This document shows, in pieces, positions 11,866 to 22,132 of a stretch of DNA of 64,000 bases (within the stretch, counting starts at the first letter, position 1; each line of letters begins with the position of its first letter). Made by a program: the position numbers and the translations under genes. Under the pieces are notes generated by a model, which worked only from the letters and a program-made list of their open reading frames with translations, had not been told where the DNA came from and made no database searches. The stretch comes from Spirochaetia bacterium. Lineage in GTDB: Bacteria > Spirochaetota > Spirochaetia > SZUA-6 > Bin103. Location of the stretch: positions 3,968,001 through 4,032,000 of the forward strand of contig OZ241907.1 of assembly GCA_965203515.1 (NCBI GenBank), in the 5' to 3' direction.

Positions 11866-13608
11866 GTGAGTAAACGACTCCGGCTCGGGATCATTCTGGT
11901 GTTCTTGGGGATCGCCGTGGCGTTCCTGATGCCTACCATCAGGTGGCATCTTCTGCTGCCGGAAGATGAGCGGCAGATCGCCGTCTCGTCGCGCGACCAG
12001 ATACGCATCGTGTCGCAACAGCGTGCCGGCGACGATCTGCAGCGGCTGCTGGCGCTGGTCGAAGAAGGTCCCGACTCGTCGATTCCGGCGGACCTGGGCT
12101 TCCTGCGTGCGCCGGCTCGGGATCAGTACCGGTTCGAGCAGCGGACGGTACCGTCGCCGTGGACCGTGGAGGCGCTGCTCGATGGGTTCGGCAGCCAGGC
12201 GACGCTGCTGGGCGAACTGGAAGCCGACCACCGCCGGCGGCTGCTCGATATCAAGGAGTTGACCACCCGCAGCCTGCAGCTCGGGCTCGACCTGCAGGGC
12301 GGCATGTACGTGCTGATCGAGCCCGATTTCGACGAGTTGGCGGCGGAGATCGGAACGCTCACCGACGCCGACCGCCAGGACGCGATCGACCGCTCGCTCG
12401 AGATACTCAACAACCGCGTCGACCAGTTCGGATTGACCGAACCGTCGATCAACCGGCAGGGCGACGACCGGATCGTCGTCGAGCTGCCGGGCGCGCCGGA
12501 CCCGGAGCGGATGCGCAACTTCATCGTCGGCAAGGGGCGGTTGGGCTTCCATCTGGTCGACTCGGAGGGCCAGCAGGCATTCGACGACTACCAGCGCGCC
12601 AATCCGGGCAACTTCCTCGCCGCCGACGGCGGTCTCCGCGATCCGAACGTCCTGCCGGCGGGCACCGTGCTGCGCGGCGTCTATGAGAAGGACACCTACG
12701 GGGTCGACCAGCTCCTCGGCTACGCGGTCATCGAGGAGGAAGAGGGGTTGTCCGGAGCCTACATCAACGACTCGCGGGTCGACCGGGATCCGCTCACGGG
12801 ACGGCCGGAGGTGCTGTTCTTTCTGAGCCCGGAAGGGGGCGAGATCTTCTTCAAGCTCACCCAGGAGAACGTCGGCGAGATCCTGGCGGTCGTGCTCGAC
12901 GACCGCGTCAAGGCGCGCGCGCAGATTTCGCAGGCGATCCGCAATCAGGTGCGGGTCACCGGCTTCACCCAGAGCGAGGCGGAGGACTTGGCGCTGGTGC
13001 TGCGTACCGGTTCGCTGCCGGTGCCGCTGGATATCGTCAGCCAGCAGCAGATCGGCGCCGGCCTGGGCGAAGACTCGATCCGCGCCAGTCTCCGCGCCGT
13101 GGGGGTGGGCGCGCTGCTGGTGTTCCTGTTCATGGTGGCGTACTATCGCGGCGCCGGACTGATCGCCGACCTGGTGCTGGCGCTCAACCTGTTCTTCGTC
13201 GTATCGACCCTGTCGGTGTTGGGCTTTACGCTGACGCTGCCCAGCATCGCCGGCGTGATCCTGACGGTCGGCATGGCGGTGGACGCCAACGTGATCATCT
13301 TCGAACGGATCAAGGAGGAGTTGCGCGCCGGCAAGTCGACCGCCGCCGCCGTGCGCGCCGGCTTCGCCAAGGCGTTCCGTGCGGTGCTCGACGCCAACAT
13401 CACCACGTTCATCGCCGCGGTGGTGCTGTCACAGATCGGCAGCGGTCCGATCCAGGGCTTCGCGGTGACCCTTTCCGTGGGCATCCTGTCATCGATGTTC
13501 ACCGCGCTGGTGGTGTCGCGGCTGATCTTCGACTTCCTGGTCGAGGTGCTGCGCGTGGAGCGTCTGAGCCTGGGTTGGATCGGCGGGCAGCAGCGGAGGC
13601 CGGCGTAG
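11866..13608 (+). CDS. secD: protein translocase subunit SecD
   Basis: LGLDLQGG, RVDQFGLTEP, IVVELPG, GMAVDANVIIFERIKEE, DANITT. Confidence 0.96.
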   Translation: MSKRLRLGIILVFLGIAVAFLMPTIRWHLLLPEDERQIAVSSRDQIRIVSQQRAGDDLQRLLALVEEGPDSSIPADLGFLRAPARDQYRFEQRTVPSPWTVEALLDGFGSQATLLGELEADHRRRLLDIKELTTRSLQLGLDLQGGMYVLIEPDFDELAAEIGTLTDADRQDAIDRSLEILNNRVDQFGLTEPSINRQGDDRIVVELPGAPDPERMRNFIVGKGRLGFHLVDSEGQQAFDDYQRANPGNFLAADGGLRDPNVLPAGTVLRGVYEKDTYGVDQLLGYAVIEEEEGLSGAYINDSRVDRDPLTGRPEVLFFLSPEGGEIFFKLTQENVGEILAVVLDDRVKARAQISQAIRNQVRVTGFTQSEAEDLALVLRTGSLPVPLDIVSQQQIGAGLGEDSIRASLRAVGVGALLVFLFMVAYYRGAGLIADLVLALNLFFVVSTLSVLGFTLTLPSIAGVILTVGMAVDANVIIFERIKEELRAGKSTAAAVRAGFAKAFRAVLDANITTFIAAVVLSQIGSGPIQGFAVTLSVGILSSMFTALVVSRLIFDFLVEVLRVERLSLGWIGGQQRRPA

Positions 13609-14990
13609 TGCGCGCGACGATAGAGTTCACCCGCTACCGGCTGCCGATGCTGATACTGTCGCTGGCGGTCATCACGGCCGGACTGGCGATGACGATACAG
13701 CGCGGCGGGTTCAATCTTTCCGTCGACTTGGCCGGCGGCCTGTCGCAGCAGGTGCAGATCGCCCGTCCGGCGCTGGTGCTGGAACTGCAGGAAGGGACGG
13801 AACTGGAGGTCGCCGTGCAGCAGACCGCCAGCCGGATCGTCCTCCGCGCTACCGAGGTGCTCGGCCAGACCACGCTCCGCTTCGCGGATCATCCGTCGCT
13901 CGGAGAGATGGCCGACGCGATCGCGGAGGTGCCGGGCGTGGCCGCGGCGACGGCCCTGGAGCCGGCGCTGGCGTCCGCCGAGCTGTTGGCGGAGAGCCCG
14001 CAGATCCGCGACGGCCGCCTGGTCCTGCACGTCGGCGCGGCCGGCGAGCCGCTGTCGATCGACGCGGTACGCGCGGCGCTCGGCCCGCTGGACAAGGTCA
14101 GCATCCGCACGATCGGCGCACGGTCGGAGCAGCAGTTCGTGATCCGCGTCGAGGTGGCGTCCGACGACGACACGGAGATGCAGACCGCGCAGCGACAGGT
14201 TCGCACGCTGCTTGCGGACGCGTTCGGCGACGACAGCCTGATCGTCCGTTCCACCGACTTCGTCGGCAGGCGGTTCTCCCAGATCCTCAGCCGGCAGGCG
14301 GTCTGGCTGATCGTGGTCGCGCTGCTGCTCATCATGGTGTACGTCGGCTTCCGCTTTCGCCCGGAGTACTCGGTGGCGGCGCTGGTGGCGGTCGCTCACG
14401 ACGTGCTGGTGCTGATCGGCGTGCTCGGCACCTTCCGCATCGAGGTCTCCACCGCTACCATCGCCGCCCTGCTGACCATCGTCGGCTACTCTCTGAACGA
14501 CACCATCGTCATCTTCGACCGCGTGCGCGAAAACGTGTCGCTGATGCGCGACGCCGACCTGCGCCGGGTGATCGACACCAGCATCACCCAGTCGCTGTCG
14601 CGGACGCTCATCACCTCCCTGACGACGCTGCTGGCGGTCGTCGCCATCTACGTCTTCGCCACCGGCCCGATTCGGACGTTCGCGCTGGCTGTGATCATCG
14701 GCGTGATCGTGGGCACCTATTCGTCCATGTACATCGCCTCGCCGATCGTCATGCTGTTGCAGCGCCGGCGCCCGGCCTTGGGCGGCCGCCGCGCCGCCGC
14801 CCAAGCGCCGGCCGCCCCGTCCGCGCCGGCGCCGGCGGCGGATGCGGGCGGGGCGAGCCCGTCGGCCGCATCCGGGCCGCCGCCCGCAGCGCCGACCGAG
14901 CCGAAGCCGGCCCCGGCGCCGCCACGCCCCACCGGTACGCGGCTGCAGCCGGTCAGCAAGCGCCGCAACAAGAAGAGAAAGGGCGGTTAG
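13608..14990 (+). CDS. secF: protein translocase subunit SecF
   Basis: FNLSVDLAGG, HDV, GYSLNDTIVIFDRVRE, RTLITS, GTYSS; GTG overlaps the secD stop. Confidence 0.95.
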   Translation: MRATIEFTRYRLPMLILSLAVITAGLAMTIQRGGFNLSVDLAGGLSQQVQIARPALVLELQEGTELEVAVQQTASRIVLRATEVLGQTTLRFADHPSLGEMADAIAEVPGVAAATALEPALASAELLAESPQIRDGRLVLHVGAAGEPLSIDAVRAALGPLDKVSIRTIGARSEQQFVIRVEVASDDDTEMQTAQRQVRTLLADAFGDDSLIVRSTDFVGRRFSQILSRQAVWLIVVALLLIMVYVGFRFRPEYSVAALVAVAHDVLVLIGVLGTFRIEVSTATIAALLTIVGYSLNDTIVIFDRVRENVSLMRDADLRRVIDTSITQSLSRTLITSLTTLLAVVAIYVFATGPIRTFALAVIIGVIVGTYSSMYIASPIVMLLQRRRPALGGRRAAAQAPAAPSAPAPAADAGGASPSAASGPPPAAPTEPKPAPAPPRPTGTRLQPVSKRRNKKRKGG

Positions 14991-16333
14991 TCCGGGCGTC
15001 CCGACCCGTGACCGACCGACCGCCGGACGGCGCCGGCGAGCAGGACGAGCTTTTCGACCGCGGACGCCGCCAGCACGCCGGCCAGCCCCAGTTCCAGCAG
15101 CGTGAGCGGCAGCGGGCCGATCCCCGACGCCGGCAGGAGCCGCGTCCCCAGCGCGGCCGCCAGTTCCACGGCCAGCAGCACCATGCCGGCCGCGATCGAC
15201 GCCTTGCCCAGTCGGGTGGCCGACGGCAGCGGCCGCCCGGCGGCGACGATCCAGAGCGCTGCCGCCGCCTGGATGGCCAGCCGCCCGACCAGGACCGCGA
15301 ATACCCACGGCGTGCCGATCCCGTAGGCCAGCGACAGGATCGCTCCCGCTCCCAACAGCAGGTAATCGGTGGAGGAGTCGAGATACGAGCCGATGCGGGT
15401 CACCTGCCCTCGCCGCCGCGCGAGCGCGCCGTCCGCCAGGTCGGTCAGCAGCACCGCCGACAGCAAGGCCAGCACCGGCCATACCGGCGCGGTCCGGTCC
15501 GCCGCGGCGGTGATGAGCAGGATCACCGACGGTATCGAGGTGAGCCTCGCCAAGGTCAACACGTTGGACGGGTTGACGCGCGACAGGCGCGGTCCGTCGA
15601 CGATCGCGAAATCGCGCCGCCGTTTCAGCAGCAGGACGACCAGACCGCCGGCGACCGACGTGTGGAGCAGCGCGTAACCGGCCGCCCCGGACGGCAGGCC
15701 GAGCTCGGCGGCGACCGCCAGGATGGCGATCTGCAGCAGCCACAGGCTCGCGCAGGTGGCGGCGATGCTGAACGTGAGCCGGTCCCAGCCGCGGTGCGCC
15801 GCGATCGGTTCGACGTACCAGTACAGGGAGACGATCGAGACCACGGCCGCGGCGCCGGCCAGCGGCAGCGCGACCACGCGGGCGTGGTCCGGCGCCGCCG
15901 ACAGCAGCACGAGCGCCGCGATCGCCGCCACCGCCTGCAGCACGGTCTTGAACTTGCCGGCCGGCCGTGCCCCCGCGTCGACCCGCAGGCGCAACAGCGT
16001 CGGCCTGATGACCGCGTGCATCACCGCTTCGCGGGCCGCGATCAGGGCCGGCATCCAGAACGGCAGGACGCCGCGGGCGGCCAGCCCGGCGAAGATCCCC
16101 ACGAACACCAGCGCGTCGGTGAAGGCGTCGGCCACCTTGCCGAACCGCGACTCGACGTCGAAGCGCCGCGCGATCGCGCCGTCCAGATAGTCGGTCACTA
16201 CGGCGATCCCGGTCAGGGCCAGCGCCGCGGCGGCGCCTCCGCCGTCCGTTCCGATCAGGGCGAACAGGATCAGCGGCGCCAGCAGCGCGCGGCTCAGGGT
16301 CAGGGCGTTGGCGATGGCGCGGGCGGGATTCAT
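14987..16333 (-). CDS. tandem two-domain CDP-alcohol phosphatidyltransferase (PgsA-like)
   Basis: Two D-x2-DG-x2-AR..G-x3-D-x3-D motifs: DYLDGAIARRFDVESRFGKVADAFTD and DLADGALARRRGQVTRIGSYLDSSTD. Confidence 0.85.
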   Translation of the reverse strand: MNPARAIANALTLSRALLAPLILFALIGTDGGGAAAALALTGIAVVTDYLDGAIARRFDVESRFGKVADAFTDALVFVGIFAGLAARGVLPFWMPALIAAREAVMHAVIRPTLLRLRVDAGARPAGKFKTVLQAVAAIAALVLLSAAPDHARVVALPLAGAAAVVSIVSLYWYVEPIAAHRGWDRLTFSIAATCASLWLLQIAILAVAAELGLPSGAAGYALLHTSVAGGLVVLLLKRRRDFAIVDGPRLSRVNPSNVLTLARLTSIPSVILLITAAADRTAPVWPVLALLSAVLLTDLADGALARRRGQVTRIGSYLDSSTDYLLLGAGAILSLAYGIGTPWVFAVLVGRLAIQAAAALWIVAAGRPLPSATRLGKASIAAGMVLLAVELAAALGTRLLPASGIGPLPLTLLELGLAGVLAASAVEKLVLLAGAVRRSVGHGSGRPD

Positions 16334-16413
16334 CGGCGGCCTGCTTCGGATTATGATCGGATCATGGTCCCACAGGCACCCGATCTGCGGTATCATGGGG
16401 CCGGAGCGAAGCG

Positions 16414-16487
<74 letters not shown>

Positions 16488-16561
16488 GGAGACCGGAGCC
16501 CGCCGCGCGGCCGGCAGCGCTGACCGGCGCGCGGCGAGCGGACCCAGGAGGGGGGTGCGCG

Positions 16562-16750
16562 GTGTCGAAAACGTACGTGGAGACCTCGTCCGACCTGTTG
16601 GCCGGTATCGACCGTATGGTCAAGGACGGCTTCTACCATGACCGCACCGAGGCGGTGAACGATGCGATTCAGCAGTTGTTGAAGGCGTACAAACTATCGA
16701 AGCTGCACATGAAGGACGAGCGCCGCTCCGAAGGAGCCGTCCTCTGCTAG
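16562..16750 (+). CDS. small ribbon-helix-helix (CopG-like) protein
   Basis: 62 aa, pattern LLAGIDRMVKDGFYHDRTEAVNDAI resembling RHH (L..ID.lV..G.Y.sRsE.ir.Ai). Confidence 0.65.
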   Translation: MSKTYVETSSDLLAGIDRMVKDGFYHDRTEAVNDAIQQLLKAYKLSKLHMKDERRSEGAVLC

Positions 16751-17449
16751 ATGGCTGACCGCGGCCAGCGGCTGACCATGCCCGGCGACGACCCGCGGGA
16801 AGCCGGCCGCATGGTGCAGCGTCAGCTGCAGAGCCGCGGCATCACCGATCGGCGCGTGATCACGTCGATGAGCCGGGTCCCGCGCCACCGCTTTGCGGCC
16901 GCTGCCTGCCGCTCCGGCTGCTACGAGGATCATCCCGTGTCGATCGGCTTCGGCCAGACGATGTCGCAGCCGTTCATGGTGGGCCTGATGACCGAGCTGC
17001 TGTCGCTCACGGGCGGCGAGCGCGTTCTGGAGGTGGGGACCGGCAGCGGCTACCAGACGGCGATCCTGGCCGAGCTGGCCGATCACGTCTGGTCGATCGA
17101 GATCATCCCGGCGCTGCAGGATCGGGCGAAGCGCGTGTTGGCGGACCTGGGATACGCCAACATCGACTTTCGCACCGGCGATGGCAGGCTGGGCTGGCGG
17201 GAAGCGGCTCCCTTCGACCGGATACTGGTCGCCGCCGCGTCCTCGGCGGTGCCACAGCCGCTGGTCGAGCAGCTGGCGGACGGCGGAGTCATGCTGATCC
17301 CGATCGGCGCGGAGGACGAGTATCAGGTGATGACCACCATCCGGCGCTGCGGCGGCACGACGCGGACCGTACGCGGCGTCGACTGCCGGTTCGTGCCGCT
17401 GCGCACGGCATCGCCGGAGCCGGGCGCGGCGCGCGGGGCGCCGGCGTGA
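16751..17449 (+). CDS. pcm: protein-L-isoaspartate O-methyltransferase
   Basis: VPRHRF, GQTMSQP, VLEVGTGSGYQTA, APFDRI, CRFVPL. Confidence 0.93.
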   Translation: MADRGQRLTMPGDDPREAGRMVQRQLQSRGITDRRVITSMSRVPRHRFAAAACRSGCYEDHPVSIGFGQTMSQPFMVGLMTELLSLTGGERVLEVGTGSGYQTAILAELADHVWSIEIIPALQDRAKRVLADLGYANIDFRTGDGRLGWREAAPFDRILVAAASSAVPQPLVEQLADGGVMLIPIGAEDEYQVMTTIRRCGGTTRTVRGVDCRFVPLRTASPEPGAARGAPA

Positions 17450-18531
17450 AGCGGGTCCCGGTGTTCCGCCCGACGGTCCGACGCGGGGAGCTGGACAGCG
17501 TGCTGGGCTGTCTGGTCGCGGACAAGATCGGCTCGGGCGACGGCGCGCGCGAGCTTGCCGCCGCGGTCGCCGCCGCCCTGGGTATGGCCGGCGGGATCGC
17601 GTTGGCCGACTATCGTCTGGCGCTCGTCTGCGCGCTCGCCGCGCTGGGGCTGCCGCCCGGCGCGCGCGTGCTGTGCTCGGCGTTGGCGCCGCAGGCGCAT
17701 CGGGACGCCGTCGAGTCGGGTAACCTGGTGCCGCTGGTGATCGACGTCAACCCCGATTCCGGCGTGATCGACCTGGACCTTGCGGAGGAGAAGCGCGGCA
17801 GGGCGCAGGCCGCCTTGCTGGACCATACCCTCGGGTTCGTTCCCGACCTGACGCGCGTGCGCTCGTGGGAGCTGCCGGTGATCGAGGACGTCACCTGCTC
17901 GCTGGGCGGCTACGACGGCGCGGCGTCGGCGGGGCCGCGCGGCGATCTGGCGGTCATGTCGTTGGGACATGCCGGTCTCCTGACCGCGGCGGGCGGCGCC
18001 CTGCTGCTGTGCAGGACGCGCGCCGTGCTGGCATCCGCCCGGCGGGTCGCCGAGGATCGCGCCGAGCCGCTGGCCGACCTGAACGCCGCGCTGGCGCTGG
18101 CGCAGCTCAAGCGGTACGAAGGCGACATGCGGACCCGGCGGAGCATCCGCGACGCCTATCACGCGGCGATCACCCGTACCCGCCACCGCACGTTGAGCCT
18201 GCCGCGCCGCGAGCAGGGCGGCGTGCAGGTGCCGTTCTCCTATCCGGTGGTCGTCGCTGACGGCGCGCGCGAGGTGCAGCGGTACGCAGCCCGCGCCCGG
18301 ATCGAGACCCGCCCGGCTTATGAACGCTCGATCGCGGCGTGCGTGCGCGACGCGGCCGTTCCCGGCGGGAATGCCGCCGCGGCGGACGCCGCCAGGGAGG
18401 GCGGCAGCGACGGCGGCGCCTGTCCGGCTGCCGATTCGCTGGCCCGCCGCTGCGTCCTGTTTCCGCTGTACCCGCTGCTTGGCGAATCGCGGGTCGGGGC
18501 CGTCGCCCGGATCCTGGCGACCCTGCCCTGA
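17446..18531 (+). CDS. DegT/DnrJ/EryC1/StrS aminotransferase-like protein (degenerate)
   Basis: LPVIEDVTCSLG, AALALAQL, IETRP, LFPLYP; adjacent to nadK-recN. Confidence 0.75.
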   Translation: MKRVPVFRPTVRRGELDSVLGCLVADKIGSGDGARELAAAVAAALGMAGGIALADYRLALVCALAALGLPPGARVLCSALAPQAHRDAVESGNLVPLVIDVNPDSGVIDLDLAEEKRGRAQAALLDHTLGFVPDLTRVRSWELPVIEDVTCSLGGYDGAASAGPRGDLAVMSLGHAGLLTAAGGALLLCRTRAVLASARRVAEDRAEPLADLNAALALAQLKRYEGDMRTRRSIRDAYHAAITRTRHRTLSLPRREQGGVQVPFSYPVVVADGAREVQRYAARARIETRPAYERSIAACVRDAAVPGGNAAAADAAREGGSDGGACPAADSLARRCVLFPLYPLLGESRVGAVARILATLP

Positions 18532-18562
18532 GCGTCTATCGGCGGCATACGAAGGTGGAGCC

Positions 18563-19417
18563 GTGGCCGGCGCGTCCGTGAAGGTGGCCCGCGCGCTGCT
18601 GGTGCACAAACCGGGCAATCCCGACGCGGCGTTCGTCGAGGAGGTCGCCGGCTACCTGCGCGGCAGAGCGGTCGACGTACGCCGGCTCGAGGCCGATGCG
18701 CAGGCGCGCTGCGGTGAACCGCCCGACATCGCCCTGTCGCTGGGCGGCGACGGCACGCTGCTCAACTGCGCCCGGATCGTGGCGGAGCAGGAGACGCCGA
18801 TCCTGCCGGTCAACCTGGGAACGCTGGGCTTCATCACGGAGGTCGCCAAGCCGGAGTGGCGGGAAGCGTTCGAACGCTACCGCAGCGGGCGGTTGGCGGT
18901 CAGCCGCCGCGTCATGGTGGTGGCCGGCGTGATGCGCGGCGGCCGGGAGGTGGCGCGGCTGCCCGGGCTCAACGACGCGGTCATCTCGACCGGCGGCATG
19001 CCCAAGATCACGCGCCTGCAGGTGGCGCTGTCCGGCACGCCGGTCGGGCGATACCGCGCCGACGGAGTGATCCTGTCGACGCCGACCGGCTCCACCGCCT
19101 ATTCCATGGCGGCCGGCGGCCCGATCCTGCACCCGGAGATGCAGGCGCTGGTGCTCAACCCGGTCTGCCCGTTCACGCTCTCCAATCGGCCGCTGGTGGT
19201 CCCGGCCGACGAGGTCGTGGAGATCACGGTGGAGGAGCCGCAGCGCACCGCGGTGATGTTGACCGTCGACGGCCAGCGGTCGGTGCCGCTCCAACCCGGC
19301 GATCGGGTGGTGCTCCGGCGCTACGAACACTCGGCGCTGATCATCCAGTCCGACCGGCGGAACTTCTACGAGGTGCTGCGGCACAAGCTGCACTGGGCGG
19401 GGGAGCCGGGTGCTTGA
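18563..19417 (+). CDS. nadK: NAD kinase
   Basis: LGGDGTLL, NLGTLGF, LND, ADGVILSTPTGSTAYSMAAGGP. Confidence 0.95.
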   Translation: MAGASVKVARALLVHKPGNPDAAFVEEVAGYLRGRAVDVRRLEADAQARCGEPPDIALSLGGDGTLLNCARIVAEQETPILPVNLGTLGFITEVAKPEWREAFERYRSGRLAVSRRVMVVAGVMRGGREVARLPGLNDAVISTGGMPKITRLQVALSGTPVGRYRADGVILSTPTGSTAYSMAAGGPILHPEMQALVLNPVCPFTLSNRPLVVPADEVVEITVEEPQRTAVMLTVDGQRSVPLQPGDRVVLRRYEHSALIIQSDRRNFYEVLRHKLHWAGEPGA

Positions 19418-21086
19418 AGCGCTCCACATCCGCGGCTATGCCCTGATCGACGCCATCGACCTGACCTTCGGTCCGGGCCTGACCGCGATCACCGGCGAGA
19501 CCGGCTCCGGCAAGTCGATCATCATCGGCGCGCTGGGCGTGGCCATCGGCGCGCGCATCACCGTCGACGAGATCCGTTCGGGGGCGGAACGTTGCGAGGT
19601 GACCGCGGTGTTCGATACGCCGGACGCGCCGGAGGTCGACCGCTGGCTGCGCTCACGCTCGATCGAGCTGGACGGAGAGCCGCTCCACCTGCGGCGCGTG
19701 GCTCGCCGGCGGGGCCGGGGAACCGCGTTCGTCCAGTCGGTACCGGTTCCGTTGGCGGATTACACCGAGCTGGGACGCCTGCTGCTGGCGATCCACGGGC
19801 AGCACCGGCATCAGGCGTTGCTGTCGGCGGCCGAGCAGCGGCGGTTGCTGGACCGATACGCCGACGTGGAGGAACAGGTGGCCGCGATCGCTGCCGAGAC
19901 GCGCGGCCTCACCGAGGTCGAGCAGCGTCTGGATCGGTTGCGGAGCGGCCTGGAGCGCGCCGCGCGCGACCGCGAGCTCCTGGAGCATGCTGCGGCGGAG
20001 ATCGATCGGGCGGGGCTCCGCGACGGCGAAGAGCAGGAGCTGGCCGACCGGCAACGGGTGCTGCGCAACGCGGAACGGATCCAGCGGCTGCTGGCCGATG
20101 CCAAGGCCGCCACCGCCGAGGCGCAGGGCGGCGCCGGCGCCGATCTGCGCGCCGCGCTGCACGCGATCGGCGAGCTCGCCTCCATCGATGACCGCTTCGA
20201 CGCGCTCGCCCGGCAGGTGGAGACCACGCTGTATGAAGTCGAAGACATCACCGACGCGCTCGCCCGGGCGGCCGACGACACCGTGGACCCGGGTGAGCTG
20301 CTTGCGGTCGAGGATCGACTGGCGGCGATCCGCGCCGTGACGCGCCGGTACGGGGGGACCGAGGCGGCTGCGCTGGCGCACGCCGGCGACTGCCGGCGCC
20401 GGCTCGACGGCTTGGCGTCGGCCGGCGAGGAGATCGCCGGCCACGTCGAGCGCGCGGCGGCGCTGGAGCGATCGCTTCGAGCCGCCGCGACCGCCCTCAG
20501 CTCCGCCCGCACGCGCGCGGCGGCCGACTTGGCGCGCTCGGTGCAGGCGGAGCTGCGCCGGCTCGGGATGCCGCGGGCGCGGTTCTCGGTCGGCGTCGCG
20601 CCGCGCCCGGACGGGCGCGGCGCGACCGGAGCGGACGCCGTGGAGTTCCTGTTTCAGGCCAACCCGGGCGAGGAGCTGGCGCCGCTGCGTTCGGTGGCCG
20701 CCGGCGGCGAGCTGTCACGGGTGATGCTGGCGCTCAACGCGGTGCCGGCTCGCGTCGGCGGCGCGCCGACCGCTGTCTTCGATGAGATCGACGCCGGCGT
20801 CGGCGGACAGATCGGCGTCGCGATCGGCGAGCGCCTGCGCCGCATCGCCGAGCGGCGGCAGGTGCTGTGCATCACGCATCTGGCTACCGTGGCCGCGCGG
20901 GCGGACGCGCACCTCAAGGTGGAGAAGCGGACCTCCGGAGAGCGCAGCTCGGTGACCGCGGCGCCCGTCGACGGCGCCGCTCGGGTCGATGAGCTTGCCC
21001 GCATGCTGGCCGGCGACCACGGCGACGAGGTCACGCAACGACATGCGTCGCTGCTGCTGGAAACCGCGCGGCGGCCGTCCGGCTGA
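19410..21086 (+). CDS. recN: DNA repair protein RecN
   Basis: ITGETGSGKS, IHGQH, NPGE..VAAGGELSRVMLA, FDEIDAGVGG, VLCITHL. Confidence 0.95.
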   Translation: MLEALHIRGYALIDAIDLTFGPGLTAITGETGSGKSIIIGALGVAIGARITVDEIRSGAERCEVTAVFDTPDAPEVDRWLRSRSIELDGEPLHLRRVARRRGRGTAFVQSVPVPLADYTELGRLLLAIHGQHRHQALLSAAEQRRLLDRYADVEEQVAAIAAETRGLTEVEQRLDRLRSGLERAARDRELLEHAAAEIDRAGLRDGEEQELADRQRVLRNAERIQRLLADAKAATAEAQGGAGADLRAALHAIGELASIDDRFDALARQVETTLYEVEDITDALARAADDTVDPGELLAVEDRLAAIRAVTRRYGGTEAAALAHAGDCRRRLDGLASAGEEIAGHVERAAALERSLRAAATALSSARTRAAADLARSVQAELRRLGMPRARFSVGVAPRPDGRGATGADAVEFLFQANPGEELAPLRSVAAGGELSRVMLALNAVPARVGGAPTAVFDEIDAGVGGQIGVAIGERLRRIAERRQVLCITHLATVAARADAHLKVEKRTSGERSSVTAAPVDGAARVDELARMLAGDHGDEVTQRHASLLLETARRPSG

Positions 21087-21112
21087 GCGACGGCCGTCCG
21101 GCCGAGCCGATG

Positions 21113-21454
21113 CTACCGGGGCCGCTCGCTACCGGGCTGCTCGCTACCGCCGTCGGACTGCTCGTCCGCCTCGGCGGGCGGGTCTTCCACCAGCGTGAAG
21201 GGACGGATGCGGGAGCCCGAGTCCGCGGCGAACTCCTCGATCAGGGAGACGGTCTGAAACGGGATCATCAGGTGCGACGCATCGCCGAAGGTGCGGCGGA
21301 TCTCCTCCTCGGAGGGATTGATGATGAGCTTCTCACCCTCCTTGAAGACGATTCCCTTGATCGACACGAAGTAGGGGTGCGTGAGGTCCAGACTCTCCGC
21401 CACCAACTGCACCTCTTTGTTCCGCCACCTGAAGTGTACTCGATATAGGGTCAC
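21113..21454 (-). CDS. DUF1820-like small protein
   Basis: LYRVHF..FVSIKGIVF..IINPSEEEIRRTF..LMIPFQTVSLIEE resembles DUF1820; GTG start inferred. Confidence 0.65.
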   Translation of the reverse strand: MTLYRVHFRWRNKEVQLVAESLDLTHPYFVSIKGIVFKEGEKLIINPSEEEIRRTFGDASHLMIPFQTVSLIEEFAADSGSRIRPFTLVEDPPAEADEQSDGGSEQPGSERPR

Positions 21455-21550
21455 TGGCTTCTCTGCGTCGCGACTCTCCACAAGGTACGTGCGTCCCGTC
21501 CGCTCTGTCAATCGGCGGCCGGAGACGACGGGGACGACGACCGACAAGCC

Positions 21551-21650
21551 AAACAATTGTTTACCGTTGACAGCATGGTAGGCCATCCCAATACTGAGCG
21601 GCTTGGTGGGAGGAATCGGGATTCAATCCCATAACGACGGGAATGCGGAG
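21551..21650 (+). promoter_or_regulatory. putative dcw (mraZ) sigma70 promoter with MraZ-box-like repeats
   Basis: TTGACA (21567-21572)-N17-AATACT (21590-21595); GGGA at ~10-bp spacing (21608, 21618, 21639); palindrome AAACAATTGTTT at 21551-21562. Confidence 0.55.
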
Positions 21651-21691
21651 CCGCGCCCGGCAGCGGCCGCCTTCACTCCGGAGATGGCGGC

Positions 21692-22132
21692 GTGATCTCG
21701 GGCGAGTACCGTTACGCCCTTGACGAGAAGGCGCGGCTCATGGTGCCGGCGCCGATCCGCAAGGAGATCGCGGGCAACAAGCTCTGGGCGACCCGCGGGA
21801 TCGAACGATGTCTCATGCTCTTTCCGCCCGACGCGTGGGATGAGTTCTCGAAGAAGCTGGCCGAGAAATTGCCGCAGCTGCAGGCTCGGGGCCGGATGAT
21901 CCGGCGGCGGCTCCTGGCTCCCGCGAAGGAGGTGGAGATCGACCGGACCGGCCGGATCGTCGTTCCGTCCTCTCTGCGGACCTACGCGGGCCTGGACAAG
22001 GACTGCATCGTGCTGGGAATCGACACCTACCTGGAGGTCTGGGACGAGGAGACCTATCGCGACTACGAATCGGAGACCAACGACCTCTACCGGGAGGCCG
22101 TCGACGAAATTGGCGACAGCATCCAGCTCTGA
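21692..22132 (+). CDS. mraZ: division/cell wall cluster regulator MraZ
   Basis: GEYRYALDEKARLMVP and EIDRTGRIVVP repeats, LEVWD. Confidence 0.93.
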   Translation: MISGEYRYALDEKARLMVPAPIRKEIAGNKLWATRGIERCLMLFPPDAWDEFSKKLAEKLPQLQARGRMIRRRLLAPAKEVEIDRTGRIVVPSSLRTYAGLDKDCIVLGIDTYLEVWDEETYRDYESETNDLYREAVDEIGDSIQL

